A stretch of DNA of 64,000 bases from a bacterium BMS3Abin02 (GTDB lineage: Bacteria > Actinomycetota > Acidimicrobiia > Spongiisociales > UBA4744): the NCBI GenBank assembly GCA_002897675.1, contig BDSU01000003.1:19449-83448 (forward strand). The letters run 5' to 3'. How positions within the stretch are numbered: the stretch's first letter is position 1; every line of letters starts with the position of its first letter. The position numbers and the translations under genes are program-made. This document shows positions 47,434 through 59,864 of the stretch, piece by piece. Under the pieces are notes generated by a model that did no database searches, was not told the DNA's origin, and saw only the letters and a list, made by a program, of their open reading frames with translations.

Positions 47434-47762
47434 CCGATGTGGCGGTGAGAGCATGGCGTGATACCTCCGATGATCTCGCAGACCCGATGCGGCCGTATCG
47501 GGGTCTCAAACAGGAGATGGTGAGCCTGCGTCCCATTCGGACACCCGCGGACGGCATCCATCGATCTGCTCTTCACCCAACCGGACCCGAGAGGGGTCGG
47601 TGTGGGAAGAGTCATACTGGACACCGCCCTCGCCGACCTTCGAGCCCGCCGTATCCACAGATTCGGCGTCGCCATGCTGCGGGCCACCGTCTGGCCAAGA
47701 GCTTCTTCGAAGCCCACGAGTTCAAGGTTCGAGCGATCATCATGCACTATGAAGACCTCTGA
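47430..47762 (+). pseudogene. Degraded GNAT acetyltransferase
   Basis: Three out-of-frame pieces: MTDVAVRAWRD..., [30 protein letters not shown] (motif A), [15 protein letters not shown] (motif B); frameshift near 47680. Confidence 0.7.
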
Positions 47763-48189
47763 TCGAGCACCGATTCCGGGCGTCGGCGTCGTCATCGTGC
47801 ACGAAGGAAAACTCCTGCTGATCCGGAGAGGTCATGGGGCGAACAAAGGCCTCTGGGCGGTACCGGGCGGAAAAGTCGAGTTTGGAGAGACACGCGAGGT
47901 CGCCGCCGCACGAGAGGCACGAGAGGAGACAGGTCTCGAGATCGCCGTCGGAGAGGTGGTATGGGCAGGCGACGCAATTGGACCCGGGGATCCACCCGCG
48001 TGGCATTTCACGCTCGTCGACTTCGCCGCGACGGTGGTCCGTGGAACATTGTGCGCGGGCGATGATGCAGCCGAGATCGAGTGGGTGCCGCTGAACGACG
48101 TGCTGAAGCGGCCCGTTACACCGACCATGGTCGACCTGATGAAGGTCCTCGTCGGCTCGAGGGAGTCCCGCCCGTTCAGAAAGATCTGA
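47749..48189 (+). CDS. NUDIX hydrolase
   Basis: [28 protein letters not shown]. Confidence 0.9.
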   Translation: MKTSDRAPIPGVGVVIVHEGKLLLIRRGHGANKGLWAVPGGKVEFGETREVAAAREAREETGLEIAVGEVVWAGDAIGPGDPPAWHFTLVDFAATVVRGTLCAGDDAAEIEWVPLNDVLKRPVTPTMVDLMKVLVGSRESRPFRKI

Positions 48190-49297
48190 GCACGAGGCCC
48201 GCACGCGGTTTGGGAATGAAGAGCGTCGTCTTCCGGGGGAAACGAAGCCCCTGAGCCGCTGCGTCCGAGACTGCTTTCTCCGGCACCGCAGCCATGAGGA
48301 GAACCGCACCGTCAGGAGCACCCGCGAGCTCACCGATGAGCCTCTCGGGATCCGGATGGAACACGGCGTCGTCCTCCCCGACACCGCACCGCGGATAGAG
48401 CAGCTCTCGCGCCACGGCAGTGCTGGCGCTTCTCCATGGGACGGGAAGATCCTGAAGCGGGCCCGCCTTCGGAACGAGAAGTCTCGATCCGCCGACGGTG
48501 ATCATCGTGATGGAACCGGGCACCGTCGGCGGTATCGACAAGACGGGCTGTACGTGTACGTCGAAGATGTCGCCGATGTCCCCGATGGCGAGAGTCGGGA
48601 AGAACCTGTGGATGGGACGTATCTGCAGTCCGCTGCCCTCCGCCGGTGCCACGAAAGCCATGATTGCGTCCCATCCACCCCGGCCTTCGCGCGAAGCCTG
48701 GTATTCGAGTGCCGCGGTAAACCGATGATGACCGTCCGCGATGGCCAGGGGATGCGCGTCGACGGCTTCGGCGATCGCGGCAGACTCCCTTTCGAGGTCA
48801 TACAAAGCATGGTGGACGCCCTCGGCCTCAAACGCGAAACGAGGAGGCCCTTCCGGTTCGAGCAGCGCAGGAAGCCCGGGTGCGGGGGAGAGGGTGATGA
48901 TCAGATCCAGATTCGACCGGGTTGCCCTCAGAAGCTCCAAGCGGTCGACTCCCGTGTGTGCCATCGTCTCCTCGTGGCCGAGGATCCGAGCGCCGATCGG
49001 CTCGAGACCCAGGGCGCCGATCACTCCACGTGCCTCGTGTTCAATGCCCTGATGCGAGCGGTAGCGCATCGTGTAGAGGTAGAAGCGAGGATCCGCGTCG
49101 ACCTGAAGCGTTCCGTTCCCCAGCCAGGATTTGAGAAGGCGTGCGGAATCCTGATACGTTTCCGGGAGAAGAAGCCTGACCATGTTGTGGGGCGAGGAGT
49201 CACGCAACGTGGCGGCGTCATCGATCATGTCGTACGGTGGGCTGGTGGACGCCGCGACATCGGCTGTGAACGTGGTTCCTCGGAAAGGTCTGAACAT
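48176..49297 (-). CDS. DUF1015-family protein
   Basis: [35 protein letters not shown]. Confidence 0.88.
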   Translation of the reverse strand: MFRPFRGTTFTADVAASTSPPYDMIDDAATLRDSSPHNMVRLLLPETYQDSARLLKSWLGNGTLQVDADPRFYLYTMRYRSHQGIEHEARGVIGALGLEPIGARILGHEETMAHTGVDRLELLRATRSNLDLIITLSPAPGLPALLEPEGPPRFAFEAEGVHHALYDLERESAAIAEAVDAHPLAIADGHHRFTAALEYQASREGRGGWDAIMAFVAPAEGSGLQIRPIHRFFPTLAIGDIGDIFDVHVQPVLSIPPTVPGSITMITVGGSRLLVPKAGPLQDLPVPWRSASTAVARELLYPRCGVGEDDAVFHPDPERLIGELAGAPDGAVLLMAAVPEKAVSDAAAQGLRFPRKTTLFIPKPRAGLVLRSF

Positions 49298-50135
49298 GAC
49301 GAGAGTTGTAGTCGGTGCGGAGCGGTTCGGCAACGTCCTGTGCGATCTCAACGGCGTCCTGGACCGGGGCACCGAGGCGATCCCCGGAGCAGGGGACGCG
49401 CTGCGCCGTCTCGACGAGGCAGGGTTCTCCATCGTCTTCGTCACGAACAACTCGACGGGAACATGCGCCGACGTCGCCGAGACGATCGCCCGCCTCAACG
49501 GCTACCCGGCCTCACCGGACCAGGTCATCACCTCGGCCGTGGCCGCTGCCGCACTTCTCGCACCCGATCGGCCGGCCTCCATGGTGGTCGGCGGAGAGGG
49601 AATCCTATCGGCGCTGAGTGAGCGCGAGATCTCCATCGTCGTCGACCCCTCCGTCGCCGAAGCCGTGGTCGTGGGACTCGACGTCGACTTCACCTATCAA
49701 AGCCTCGACATGGCGGCGTCTGCGATCCGCAAGGGAGCCCGCTTCATTGCCACCAACACCGATGTCACCTTTCCCGGACCGGGTGATCTCCACGCCGGCG
49801 CAGGTGCGATAGTCGCTGCGATTGCAGCGGCATCCGGACGAACGCCGACGGTCGCCGGCAAACCTCACTCTGCGATACGGGCATTGGTCAAACAGCGACT
49901 CGTTCCCGGTCCTGTGTGGGTGGTGGGGGATCGTCCCGAGACCGATCTGGCCATGGCGAAGGCCGAGAACTGGAACGCTGCCCTGGTCCTGACGGGCGTC
50001 GTCTCGGACCCGGGCGAAGTTCCATCCGGCCTGGAACCGGACCTCGTCAACGCCTCTCTTTCCGAGTTCGCAGATGTCCTCACGAGCGACCGGCTCAGCG
50101 GCGAGCGGCGATCCGACCCCGGCGGACCCGTCTGA
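49296..50135 (+). CDS. HAD-IIA (NagD-like) hydrolase
   Basis: DLNGV, FVTNNS, ATNTD, GKP, VGDRPETD, VLTGV. Confidence 0.88.
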   Translation: MTRVVVGAERFGNVLCDLNGVLDRGTEAIPGAGDALRRLDEAGFSIVFVTNNSTGTCADVAETIARLNGYPASPDQVITSAVAAAALLAPDRPASMVVGGEGILSALSEREISIVVDPSVAEAVVVGLDVDFTYQSLDMAASAIRKGARFIATNTDVTFPGPGDLHAGAGAIVAAIAAASGRTPTVAGKPHSAIRALVKQRLVPGPVWVVGDRPETDLAMAKAENWNAALVLTGVVSDPGEVPSGLEPDLVNASLSEFADVLTSDRLSGERRSDPGGPV

Positions 50136-50823
50136 GCAGTGTCGGTCGCATCAGGGTTGCGACGGCGACACCGAAGAGGAATCCGCCGACGTGAGCCTGC
50201 CACGCGATGCCCGTCGCCCCGACGAAGAACTGCCCGACGAACCAGAAGACCAGAAAGATCGACGCAGGGAGCGCAATCGGAAGGAAGAAGAGGATCGGGA
50301 ATACGGACACAACTCGAGCTCTGGGGTAGAGAACGAGATAGGCACCCATCACGCCGGCGATTGCGCCCGATGCGCCGATCAAAGGGGTGAGCGCGCTCGG
50401 GTTGGAGGCGACGAAGGCCGCTGTCGCAGCCACTCCCGAGGTCAGATAGAAGAGCACATACCCAGGCTTGCCGAAAGCATCTTCCACGTTGTTACCGAAG
50501 ATCCACAGTACCCAGAGGTTACCGATGAGATGCCACGGAGTCGCGTGCAGGAACATGGACACGAAGACGCTCCCCCACAGGTTCTTGTCCGGATAGAGAG
50601 GTGGAGGCCGAGGAATCGGCGAGCAGCCCGAGAGATCACCCTGGTCGAGAAGTCGGGCCGAAGAGAGTTCGCATGGAATCGCGGCGTGGTGGACATCGAA
50701 CTCCAGGGCGGCACGTTCACCGTGGGGCTGAACGAAGAAGAAGACGAACGCTGCCGCGGCGATGATCAGCCAAGTGATGACAGGGCGGGAGATGCCTGGA
50801 TTCGCGTCCCGAATGGGAATCAA
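50095..50823 (-). CDS. Rhomboid intramembrane serine protease
   Basis: SMFLH, HLIGN, GASG, AWQAHVGG; TTG start behind AGGAGG. Confidence 0.92.
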   Translation of the reverse strand: MIPIRDANPGISRPVITWLIIAAAAFVFFFVQPHGERAALEFDVHHAAIPCELSSARLLDQGDLSGCSPIPRPPPLYPDKNLWGSVFVSMFLHATPWHLIGNLWVLWIFGNNVEDAFGKPGYVLFYLTSGVAATAAFVASNPSALTPLIGASGAIAGVMGAYLVLYPRARVVSVFPILFFLPIALPASIFLVFWFVGQFFVGATGIAWQAHVGGFLFGVAVATLMRPTLLRRVRRGRIAARR

Positions 50824-50863
50824 ATGACTCCTCCTGTCGGAGTGAGATGTGATAATGGCGTGG

Positions 50864-50998
50864 ATGGATGATACGCAAGTCGCCGAGATGCTCGAGAAGC
50901 TCGCCGGTATGAATCCGGCCGATGCTGCGGAAACGGCCGAAAGGCTGGCCGAGATGCTCGCGGATCGGCTCGAAGAGAGAGCGGAGGACACGGCCTGA
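50864..50998 (+). CDS. 44-aa acidic helical protein
   Basis: MDDTQVAEMLEKLAGMNPADAAETAERLAEMLADRLEERAEDTA*; GATAAT 7 nt upstream; stop overlaps the proposed tlyA start. Confidence 0.65.
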   Translation: MDDTQVAEMLEKLAGMNPADAAETAERLAEMLADRLEERAEDTA

Positions 50999-51774
50999 CC
51001 AGGCGCAGGCTCGATATCGAGCTCGTTCGCAGAGGGATGGTTGCGAGCCGCAGGGAAGCGCAGGCCGCCATCGAATCGCGAAGAGTGACGGTTGGAGGAG
51101 TGCCGACCCCAAAACCGGCCACCATGGTGGACAGTTCATCGTCTCTCCGCCTCGTTGGTCCATCGCCACGATTCGTCTCGCGAGGTGGCGACAAGCTCGC
51201 CGGAGCCCTCGACCTGTTCGATGTGGCTGTCACGGGGAGGCGCTGCCTGGATGCGGGAGCTTCGACAGGCGGCTTCAGCGATTGTCTGCTTCAGGAAGGA
51301 GCATCCGCGGTCGTTGCCCTGGACGTAGGGTATGGACAGCTGGCATGGAGGATCCGAAACGACCCGAGAGTACGGGTGGTGGAGAGAACCAACCTCCGTC
51401 ACGTGGACCCCGCCGACATCGATGCGCCCTTCGAGGTGATCGTTGCCGACCTGTCATTCATCTCCCTCTGTACGGTTCGCGAGGCGCTCGCGGCTTGCAG
51501 CACCGGGGACACAGACTTCGTCCTGTTGGTGAAGCCACAGTTCGAAACAGGACGGAGCAAGGTTGGCAAGGGCGGGATCGTGCGCGACCCTAAAGTGCAC
51601 ACTGAGGTGCTCGAGAGGGTGACCGGCTGTCTCGAGCGTTCGGGTATCGGTGCGAAAGAGGTGATTCGCTCTCCTATCCGGGGAGCCGGCGGGAACGTGG
51701 AGTTCTTCCTCTGGGCAAGGCAGGGGCTTGTGACTGTGAATGACGAGATGATCGCAAAGGTGGTGCACGCGTGA
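50995..51774 (+). CDS. tlyA: TlyA rRNA (cytidine-2'-O)-methyltransferase
   Basis: RRRLDIELVRRG (S4 domain), FVSRGGDKL, DAGASTGGF, DLSFIS, LVKPQFE, GNVEF; probable CTG start at 50995. Confidence 0.92.
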   Translation: MTRRRLDIELVRRGMVASRREAQAAIESRRVTVGGVPTPKPATMVDSSSSLRLVGPSPRFVSRGGDKLAGALDLFDVAVTGRRCLDAGASTGGFSDCLLQEGASAVVALDVGYGQLAWRIRNDPRVRVVERTNLRHVDPADIDAPFEVIVADLSFISLCTVREALAACSTGDTDFVLLVKPQFETGRSKVGKGGIVRDPKVHTEVLERVTGCLERSGIGAKEVIRSPIRGAGGNVEFFLWARQGLVTVNDEMIAKVVHA

Positions 51775-52574
51775 GGCTGACGATGGTCGTACACGAGAGG
51801 CGTCCACAGGCGGGAACCGTGGCGGAACGCTTTCGCGAAGGCTGCCTGCTGCGGGGCATCGAAATCGTGGACCAGGAAGCAGAGCACGTTGACGCCGTCA
51901 TTGCCATCGGCGGTGATGGGACCGTGCTGCGAGCAGCCAGAATCGCGTTGAAGTCGGGCGCCGCGCTCCTTGGAGTCAACGTTGGACGGAAGGGTTTCCT
52001 GGCGGATGTGGAGCCGGCCGGATTGCCTGAAGCACTGGACGTGTTGGCGTCTGGGACATGGCGCGAGTCGGCCCGCATGACGATCCGGGCACGCATGAAC
52101 GGAGGAGAGACGGCGGTGGGCATCAACGATGTGGTGGTCGAGAAGACCGGAGGGCACAGCATCATCTCGATCGAGGTTCGCGTCGACGGCGAACGCTTCA
52201 TCGACTACCACGCCGACGGCCTCGTGTTCGCAACGCCGACGGGTTCGACCGCCTACAACCTCTCTGCCGGTGGACCACTGATGGATCCCGAAGTCGAGGC
52301 GCTGATCATGTCGCCGGTCGCCCCCCACTCATTGTTCTCGAAGTCGGTCATCCTGCATCCGGATGCCGAGATCCGATGCATGGTGGTTGCCGACAGGCCC
52401 GCAGGCGTCAGTGTGGACGGACGAGATCTCGGAACGGCACACAGCGGCGACATGATCTTCATCGAACGTGGGTCTGAACAGGTTCGCTTCATCGACGTAT
52501 CGGGTACGTCGTTTCCTCGGCGTGTGAAGGACAAATTCCATCTCAATGAGGATCGAAGGTCGGTGGGTGGCTGA
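51771..52574 (+). CDS. nadK: NAD kinase
   Basis: GGDGT, GFL, IND, DGLVFATPTGSTAYNLSAGG. Confidence 0.94.
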   Translation: MRLTMVVHERRPQAGTVAERFREGCLLRGIEIVDQEAEHVDAVIAIGGDGTVLRAARIALKSGAALLGVNVGRKGFLADVEPAGLPEALDVLASGTWRESARMTIRARMNGGETAVGINDVVVEKTGGHSIISIEVRVDGERFIDYHADGLVFATPTGSTAYNLSAGGPLMDPEVEALIMSPVAPHSLFSKSVILHPDAEIRCMVVADRPAGVSVDGRDLGTAHSGDMIFIERGSEQVRFIDVSGTSFPRRVKDKFHLNEDRRSVGG

Positions 52575-54167
52575 ATGCTCGACGAGTTGAAGGTCGAGAA
52601 CCTCGGCATCCTCGACGAAGTCACCATTGAGCCTGGCCCGGGACTGGTGGTTGTCAGCGGTGAAACCGGTGCAGGCAAGACTTTGCTCCTTGGAGCGTTG
52701 CGCCTGTTGATGGGCGGGCGCGTGTCCACCGACACGATCGGCCCGCGCACAGCAGAGGCCATGATCGAAGGCCGGTTCGTGATCGATCACGAGGAAATGG
52801 TGCTCGCACGACGTGTCACAGCTGGACGAAGCCGAGCCTACGTCGACGGGCACATGGTGCCGGCTCGTACGCTCGAGGAGCGGACGCAGTCACTCATCGA
52901 GATCATCGGCCAGCACGATCGGCTGAAGCTTGCCCGGCCGGGTGCGATGCGCAACCTCGTCGATGCTCGCCTGAACTCGCGTTCCGTGCTGGAGTCCTAC
53001 CGGGATGCGTGGGAGAACGTGAAGGGCCTCGAAGCAGACCTGGAGGCACTCGGAGGTGATCGTCGCGCCCTGGAACGCGAACACGACCTCCTTTCGTACC
53101 AGCACAACGACATCATTTCTGCCGGTTTTCAGGCCGGCGATGACGAACGGCTACGCCAAAGCGCCACGCGACTTCGCAATGCCGGCGAACTGACCGAGGG
53201 CCTCTCGAGAGTGCGCACGGCGCTCGAAGACACCATCACGGCCGCCGGATGGGCCATCGACGAACTGAGGACCGTCACCGGCCTCGACCCATCGACGGTC
53301 CCGCTGCTCGCCGAGGCCGACGAGGTTGCGGTACGTGCAGGCGAATTGTTCACCCAGGTGCGCCAGCTCGCGGAAGGCATCGAACATGACCCTGCCGCTC
53401 TCGACGTGCTGGAACAGCGCATTGCGCGCCTCGCCGATTTGCAGCGCAAGTACGGCGCAACACTCGATGACGTGCTCGGCTTCGGAGTGCGAGTGGGGCA
53501 CAGACTCGAACAGCTGGATCGTCTCCTGAGCCGGGCGGACGCCATCGGAGATGACCTGGGGGAAGCGAAGAAGGAACTCGAAGCAGCCGGAAGATCCCTG
53601 CTCCTCGCTCGAGAAGAGGCGGCGCGGACCATCGAGGGGGAGGCAGCACAGCATCTTCGCGAACTTGGGTTCTCCGACGCCTCGTTCCGGATAACAGTGG
53701 AAGAGACACAGGCCGGGCCAAACGGAGCCGACACCGTCCGGGTCCTCTTCGCCTCGGATAGCCGGCTGGACGCGGCACCCATCGATCGGTTCGCATCCGG
53801 CGGGGAGCTGAGCCGAATCGTTCTTGCCCTGCACCTCGCCGCAGACGTCGGGCACGTTCCCATCGTGGCCTTCGACGAGATCGACGCGGGCGTCGGCGGC
53901 GAAACGGCGCTTGCCCTTGGACGAAAACTGGCCAAGCTCGCGGTCAATCGTCAGGTGCTATGTGTCACACACCTCCCGCAGGTAGCCGCCTTCGCGGAGC
54001 GTCACTTCGTCGTCACCAGGGAAGGGATCCGGGCACGCGTCGGAAGGGTGGAGGGAGATGACCGGTTGCGTGAGCTGTCGAGAATGTTGGCAGGACTGCC
54101 AGAATCGGAGCAGGGTCGAAGGCACGCCGAAGAGTTGATCGCCGCGGCGCAGAGATATGACAGCTGA
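52575..54167 (+). CDS. recN: DNA repair protein RecN
   Basis: GETGAGKT, GQH, ASGGELSR, FDEIDAG, VTHLPQ. Confidence 0.94.
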   Translation: MLDELKVENLGILDEVTIEPGPGLVVVSGETGAGKTLLLGALRLLMGGRVSTDTIGPRTAEAMIEGRFVIDHEEMVLARRVTAGRSRAYVDGHMVPARTLEERTQSLIEIIGQHDRLKLARPGAMRNLVDARLNSRSVLESYRDAWENVKGLEADLEALGGDRRALEREHDLLSYQHNDIISAGFQAGDDERLRQSATRLRNAGELTEGLSRVRTALEDTITAAGWAIDELRTVTGLDPSTVPLLAEADEVAVRAGELFTQVRQLAEGIEHDPAALDVLEQRIARLADLQRKYGATLDDVLGFGVRVGHRLEQLDRLLSRADAIGDDLGEAKKELEAAGRSLLLAREEAARTIEGEAAQHLRELGFSDASFRITVEETQAGPNGADTVRVLFASDSRLDAAPIDRFASGGELSRIVLALHLAADVGHVPIVAFDEIDAGVGGETALALGRKLAKLAVNRQVLCVTHLPQVAAFAERHFVVTREGIRARVGRVEGDDRLRELSRMLAGLPESEQGRRHAEELIAAAQRYDS

Positions 54168-54192
54168 GTTCGCCCACGGGCTGCTACGCTGA

Positions 54193-56383
<2,191 letters not shown>

Positions 56384-56387
<4 letters not shown>

Positions 56388-57511
56388 TCATTGGAGTGCC
56401 ACGAGAGATCAAACCGGGTGAACATCGCGTCGCCATCACTCCTGTCGGTGTCCGTGAGCTCATCGGCAGAGGCCACCGCGTCGTCATCGAGACCCGCGCC
56501 GGAGAGGGCTCGACGATCCACGACGTTGAGTACGAAGATCAAGGCGGCGAGATCGCAGCATCTGCTCGAGACGTCTTCGAGATCGCCGAACTCATCCTCA
56601 AAGTGAAGGAGCTGCAGCCGCCGGAGGTCGCGATGCTGCACGCAGAGCAGGTGCTGTTCACGTATCTGCATCTGGCCGCTCATCCGGATCTGACAGCAAG
56701 GATGCTCGACCGTGACGTCATCGGTATCGCGTACGAAACCGTCGAACTTCCCGGCGGAGCGCTGCCACTGCTCGCTCCGATGTCGGAAGTGGCCGGAAGG
56801 ATGGCGACACAGGCCGGCGCCTACTTCTTGGAGAAGGCGCACGGTGGACGCGGTGTCCTGCTCGGCGGTGTCCCGGGGGTCATGCCGGCGAAAGTCGTGA
56901 TCATCGGTGCGGGCATGGCCGGTACGAACGCTGCGATGATGGCGGCGGGCCTCGGCGCCAGAGTGGTCGTTCTCGACACGGACGCGGCGAAACTGCAGGC
57001 CCTCGATGCCCTCTACCGTGGGCGCATCCTGACTTTGTCTTCGAACATGCTGACTATCGAGGAACAGGTACGGGACGCAGACCTCGTTATCGGAGCGGTC
57101 CTGCTTCCGGGAGCGTCCGCTCCCAAGCTGGTGACCGAGACGATGGTGAAGGAGATGAAACGCGGCTCCGTGCTCGTCGACATCGCGATCGATCAGGGCG
57201 GGTGTTTCGAAACGAGCAGAGAAACGACTCACCACGACCCCACCTACGTTCTCCACGAGGTCGTTCACTACGCCGTCGGAAACATCCCCGGCGCCGTTCC
57301 TCACACGTCGACCTACGCGCTCACCAATGCGACTTTGCCCTACGTCCTGGCGCTCGCCGACGGTGGCGTTTCGGGAGCCGTTGCCAGGCGTCCGGAGTTG
57401 TTGTTGGGACTGAATATCATCGGTTCCGCCATCGTCCATCGAGCCGTGGCGAAAAGCCTCGGGTTGGAGTATGCAGATCCGACACAGATCCTCGACCACT
57501 GGCCGAATTGA
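56384..57511 (+). CDS. ald: Alanine dehydrogenase
   Basis: [35 protein letters not shown]. Confidence 0.95.
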
Positions 57512-57518
57512 CGCGAAG

Positions 57519-58409
57519 TTGGATGCGACAGGCACCCGGGCGGGAATCGAGGAGTACCTTGCATCTCTGACAATCGAGCGGGGCCTCTCGCCGAACACGG
57601 TCGCTGCGTATCGCCGCGATCTGCAGCAGTACCTGACGTTCCTCGATGGCCGTCCGAGCACCGCAGGGTCGGTCGTCGAGTTCGTCTCGATGCTCCACGG
57701 ATCGTCGTTGGCTCCGTCCACTGTCGCCCGCAAAATGGCGGCCCTTCGAGGTCTGCACCGTTTCCTGGTGGCCGAAGGCTCCGCTGTCGACGATCCGACG
57801 GTCTTGATCGAGACCCCAAAGCTCGCGCGCGGTCTGCCCAAGGCTCTCACGGTACAGGAGATGCTGAACCTGCTGGATGCACCCGATATTTCTTCGCCAC
57901 TCGGCCGCAGAGACCGAGCATTGCTCGAGTTCATGTACGCAACCGGCGCACGCGTCTCTGAGACAACCGGCATCGATACGGACGCGGTCGATCTCGAAGA
58001 ACGAACGGCGCTCGTGACCGGGAAGGGTTCAAAGCAGCGAGTCGTCCCGATCGGCGTGTATGCCGTCGAGGCCATTCGGGCCTACCTGCCCGATCGCATG
58101 GTCATGAGGTCGGGACGGCCGGATCCGGGCGCTCTTTTCCTCAGTGCGAGAGGCCGAAGGCTCAGCCGCCAGGGTGTGTGGCTGATCGTGCGGGCTCAGA
58201 CGTTGCGAGCGGGCATCACCCCAGATCGTGTTTCTCCCCATGTACTTCGGCACTCGACGGCGACCCACATGGTGGAAGGGGGAGCGGACCTCAGAACGGT
58301 TCAGGAAATGTTAGGGCACGCTAGTATCTCAACCACACAGGTGTACACCAAGGTCTCTCCTCAACATCTTTACGAGGTGTACGTTATGTCACACCCACGG
58401 AGCAGGTGA
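57519..58409 (+). CDS. xerD: Tyrosine recombinase XerD
   Basis: YATGARVSE, GKGSKQR, HVLRHS, LGHASISTTQVY; housekeeping context; start approximate. Confidence 0.92.
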   Translation: MDATGTRAGIEEYLASLTIERGLSPNTVAAYRRDLQQYLTFLDGRPSTAGSVVEFVSMLHGSSLAPSTVARKMAALRGLHRFLVAEGSAVDDPTVLIETPKLARGLPKALTVQEMLNLLDAPDISSPLGRRDRALLEFMYATGARVSETTGIDTDAVDLEERTALVTGKGSKQRVVPIGVYAVEAIRAYLPDRMVMRSGRPDPGALFLSARGRRLSRQGVWLIVRAQTLRAGITPDRVSPHVLRHSTATHMVEGGADLRTVQEMLGHASISTTQVYTKVSPQHLYEVYVMSHPRSR

Positions 58410-58416
58410 ACACACA

Positions 58417-58749
58417 ATGGACGACATCCGTTCGACACTCACGAGGGAACGTGAAGAGCTGATTCGTCAGCTCGAGGAGTTCGGCGCGACCGATCGTGGC
58501 AACCTTCGTTCCGACGTTCAGTTCTCAGGATCCTTCGCAGACGCCGGTGCCGCCACTGCGGAACGCAGTGAAGTGATCGGCATCGTCCAGAGCCTCGCAC
58601 GCCGGGTTCGGATGGTCGATCGAGCGCTCGCCAAGATGGACGAAGGCACCTACGGAATCTGTGACCGCTGTGGCGAGCCGATCCCCGACGCCCGTCTCGA
58701 GGCTCGGCCCGAATCTGTCCTCTGCGTCGACTGTAAGTCCCGTTCTTGA
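58417..58749 (+). CDS. TraR/DksA C4 zinc-finger protein
   Basis: Coiled coil, then GTYGICDRCGEPI...RLEARP...CVDC. Confidence 0.9.
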   Translation: MDDIRSTLTREREELIRQLEEFGATDRGNLRSDVQFSGSFADAGAATAERSEVIGIVQSLARRVRMVDRALAKMDEGTYGICDRCGEPIPDARLEARPESVLCVDCKSRS

Positions 58750-59354
58750 GCCCGATCGTCCAAGGCCTGATCTTCATCGCGGTGCTGGCGCCGTCCGTGA
58801 TTCTGCATGAGGTGGCCCACGGCTGGGTAGCGGAGCGATTCGGTGATACCACGGCACGAGACGCCGGCCGGATCACCCTCAATCCGCTCGTTCACATCGA
58901 TCCGATGGGAACGGTCATCCTTCCGGCGGTACTCGCATTGACGGGTGCGCCGGTATTCGGCTGGGCGAAGCCCGTCCCTGTCGTTCCCGCGCGTCTCCGA
59001 AGGCCGGTACGCGACATGGCGATCGTCGGGCTGGCCGGACCGGTCACCAACGGGATCCTTGCTCTGCTTGCGGGCCGATTGCTCCTGCCTGCGGTCTCGG
59101 GTTGGGTTGGTGTCGGCGTGTGGGCGTTCGCCTATGTCAATGTCGTGCTGGCGATCTTCAATCTGCTTCCGGTGCCACCCCTCGACGGCAGCCGTCTCCT
59201 GCCACTCTTTCTGGGCGCACGGGGTCGCAGCGTGTGGGCGTCGATCGAGCCGTTCGGTCTGTTGATCGTCTTCGCGCTCCTGTTCATCCCCAAGTTCTCG
59301 GTTGTTCTCATGGCACCGATCAGAGCACTCGCGCGGTTTGCAGGACTCGCATGA
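58746..59354 (+). CDS. Site-2 protease (M50 family)
   Basis: HEVAH, LAGP, FNLLPVPPLDG. Confidence 0.93.
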   Translation: MSPIVQGLIFIAVLAPSVILHEVAHGWVAERFGDTTARDAGRITLNPLVHIDPMGTVILPAVLALTGAPVFGWAKPVPVVPARLRRPVRDMAIVGLAGPVTNGILALLAGRLLLPAVSGWVGVGVWAFAYVNVVLAIFNLLPVPPLDGSRLLPLFLGARGRSVWASIEPFGLLIVFALLFIPKFSVVLMAPIRALARFAGLA

Positions 59355-59857
59355 GTGGTTTCAGAGGGTGGTGGCACCTCCTGCGGCGGTTTCTCGAAGT
59401 GCTGACGGCCCGTCCCCTCGATGCGCAGGAGAGAAGAGAGGCCTCGGACCTGCTGCGATCGGACGCCGAGAACAGGATCTTCTTCGACCAGTCTGCTGCG
59501 GACCAGCAGCATGGCCTCGCGGCTGCGAAGCTCGTGGCGGGCAGGATTGAACTCCAGCGAGCGGCACTGCTGCACGATGTCGGAAAACGACAGGCCGGAC
59601 TCGGAGTCTGGGGCAGATCGCTGGCCACCGCTCTCGCGGGGATCCACGTCGAAGTCCACGGTCGTTTCCGAACGTATCTCGATCACGGATCCCTCGGCGC
59701 CGACATCCTGGAAGAGCTCGGTGCGGAATCCATCGTCGTCGCCTTCGCACGACATCATCAGGGTGAGCGCCCTCCGACGATCACACCAGATGACTGGGAC
59801 ACGCTGCAACGTGCGGAGAGAAAAGCGCAAACCCTGTTGAAGAGGACAATACGATGA
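59351..59857 (+). CDS. HD-domain protein
   Basis: DQQH, ALLHDVGK, DH, RHH. Confidence 0.82.
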   Translation: MSGFRGWWHLLRRFLEVLTARPLDAQERREASDLLRSDAENRIFFDQSAADQQHGLAAAKLVAGRIELQRAALLHDVGKRQAGLGVWGRSLATALAGIHVEVHGRFRTYLDHGSLGADILEELGAESIVVAFARHHQGERPPTITPDDWDTLQRAERKAQTLLKRTIR

Positions 59858-59864
59858 GGGCACC

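Noticed and set aside
57519-58409. Tyrosine recombinase as a prophage or island integrase
   Set aside because: Sits in the housekeeping pyrG-nudix-ald-xerD-scpAB order; no att repeats, tRNA or phage genes seen.
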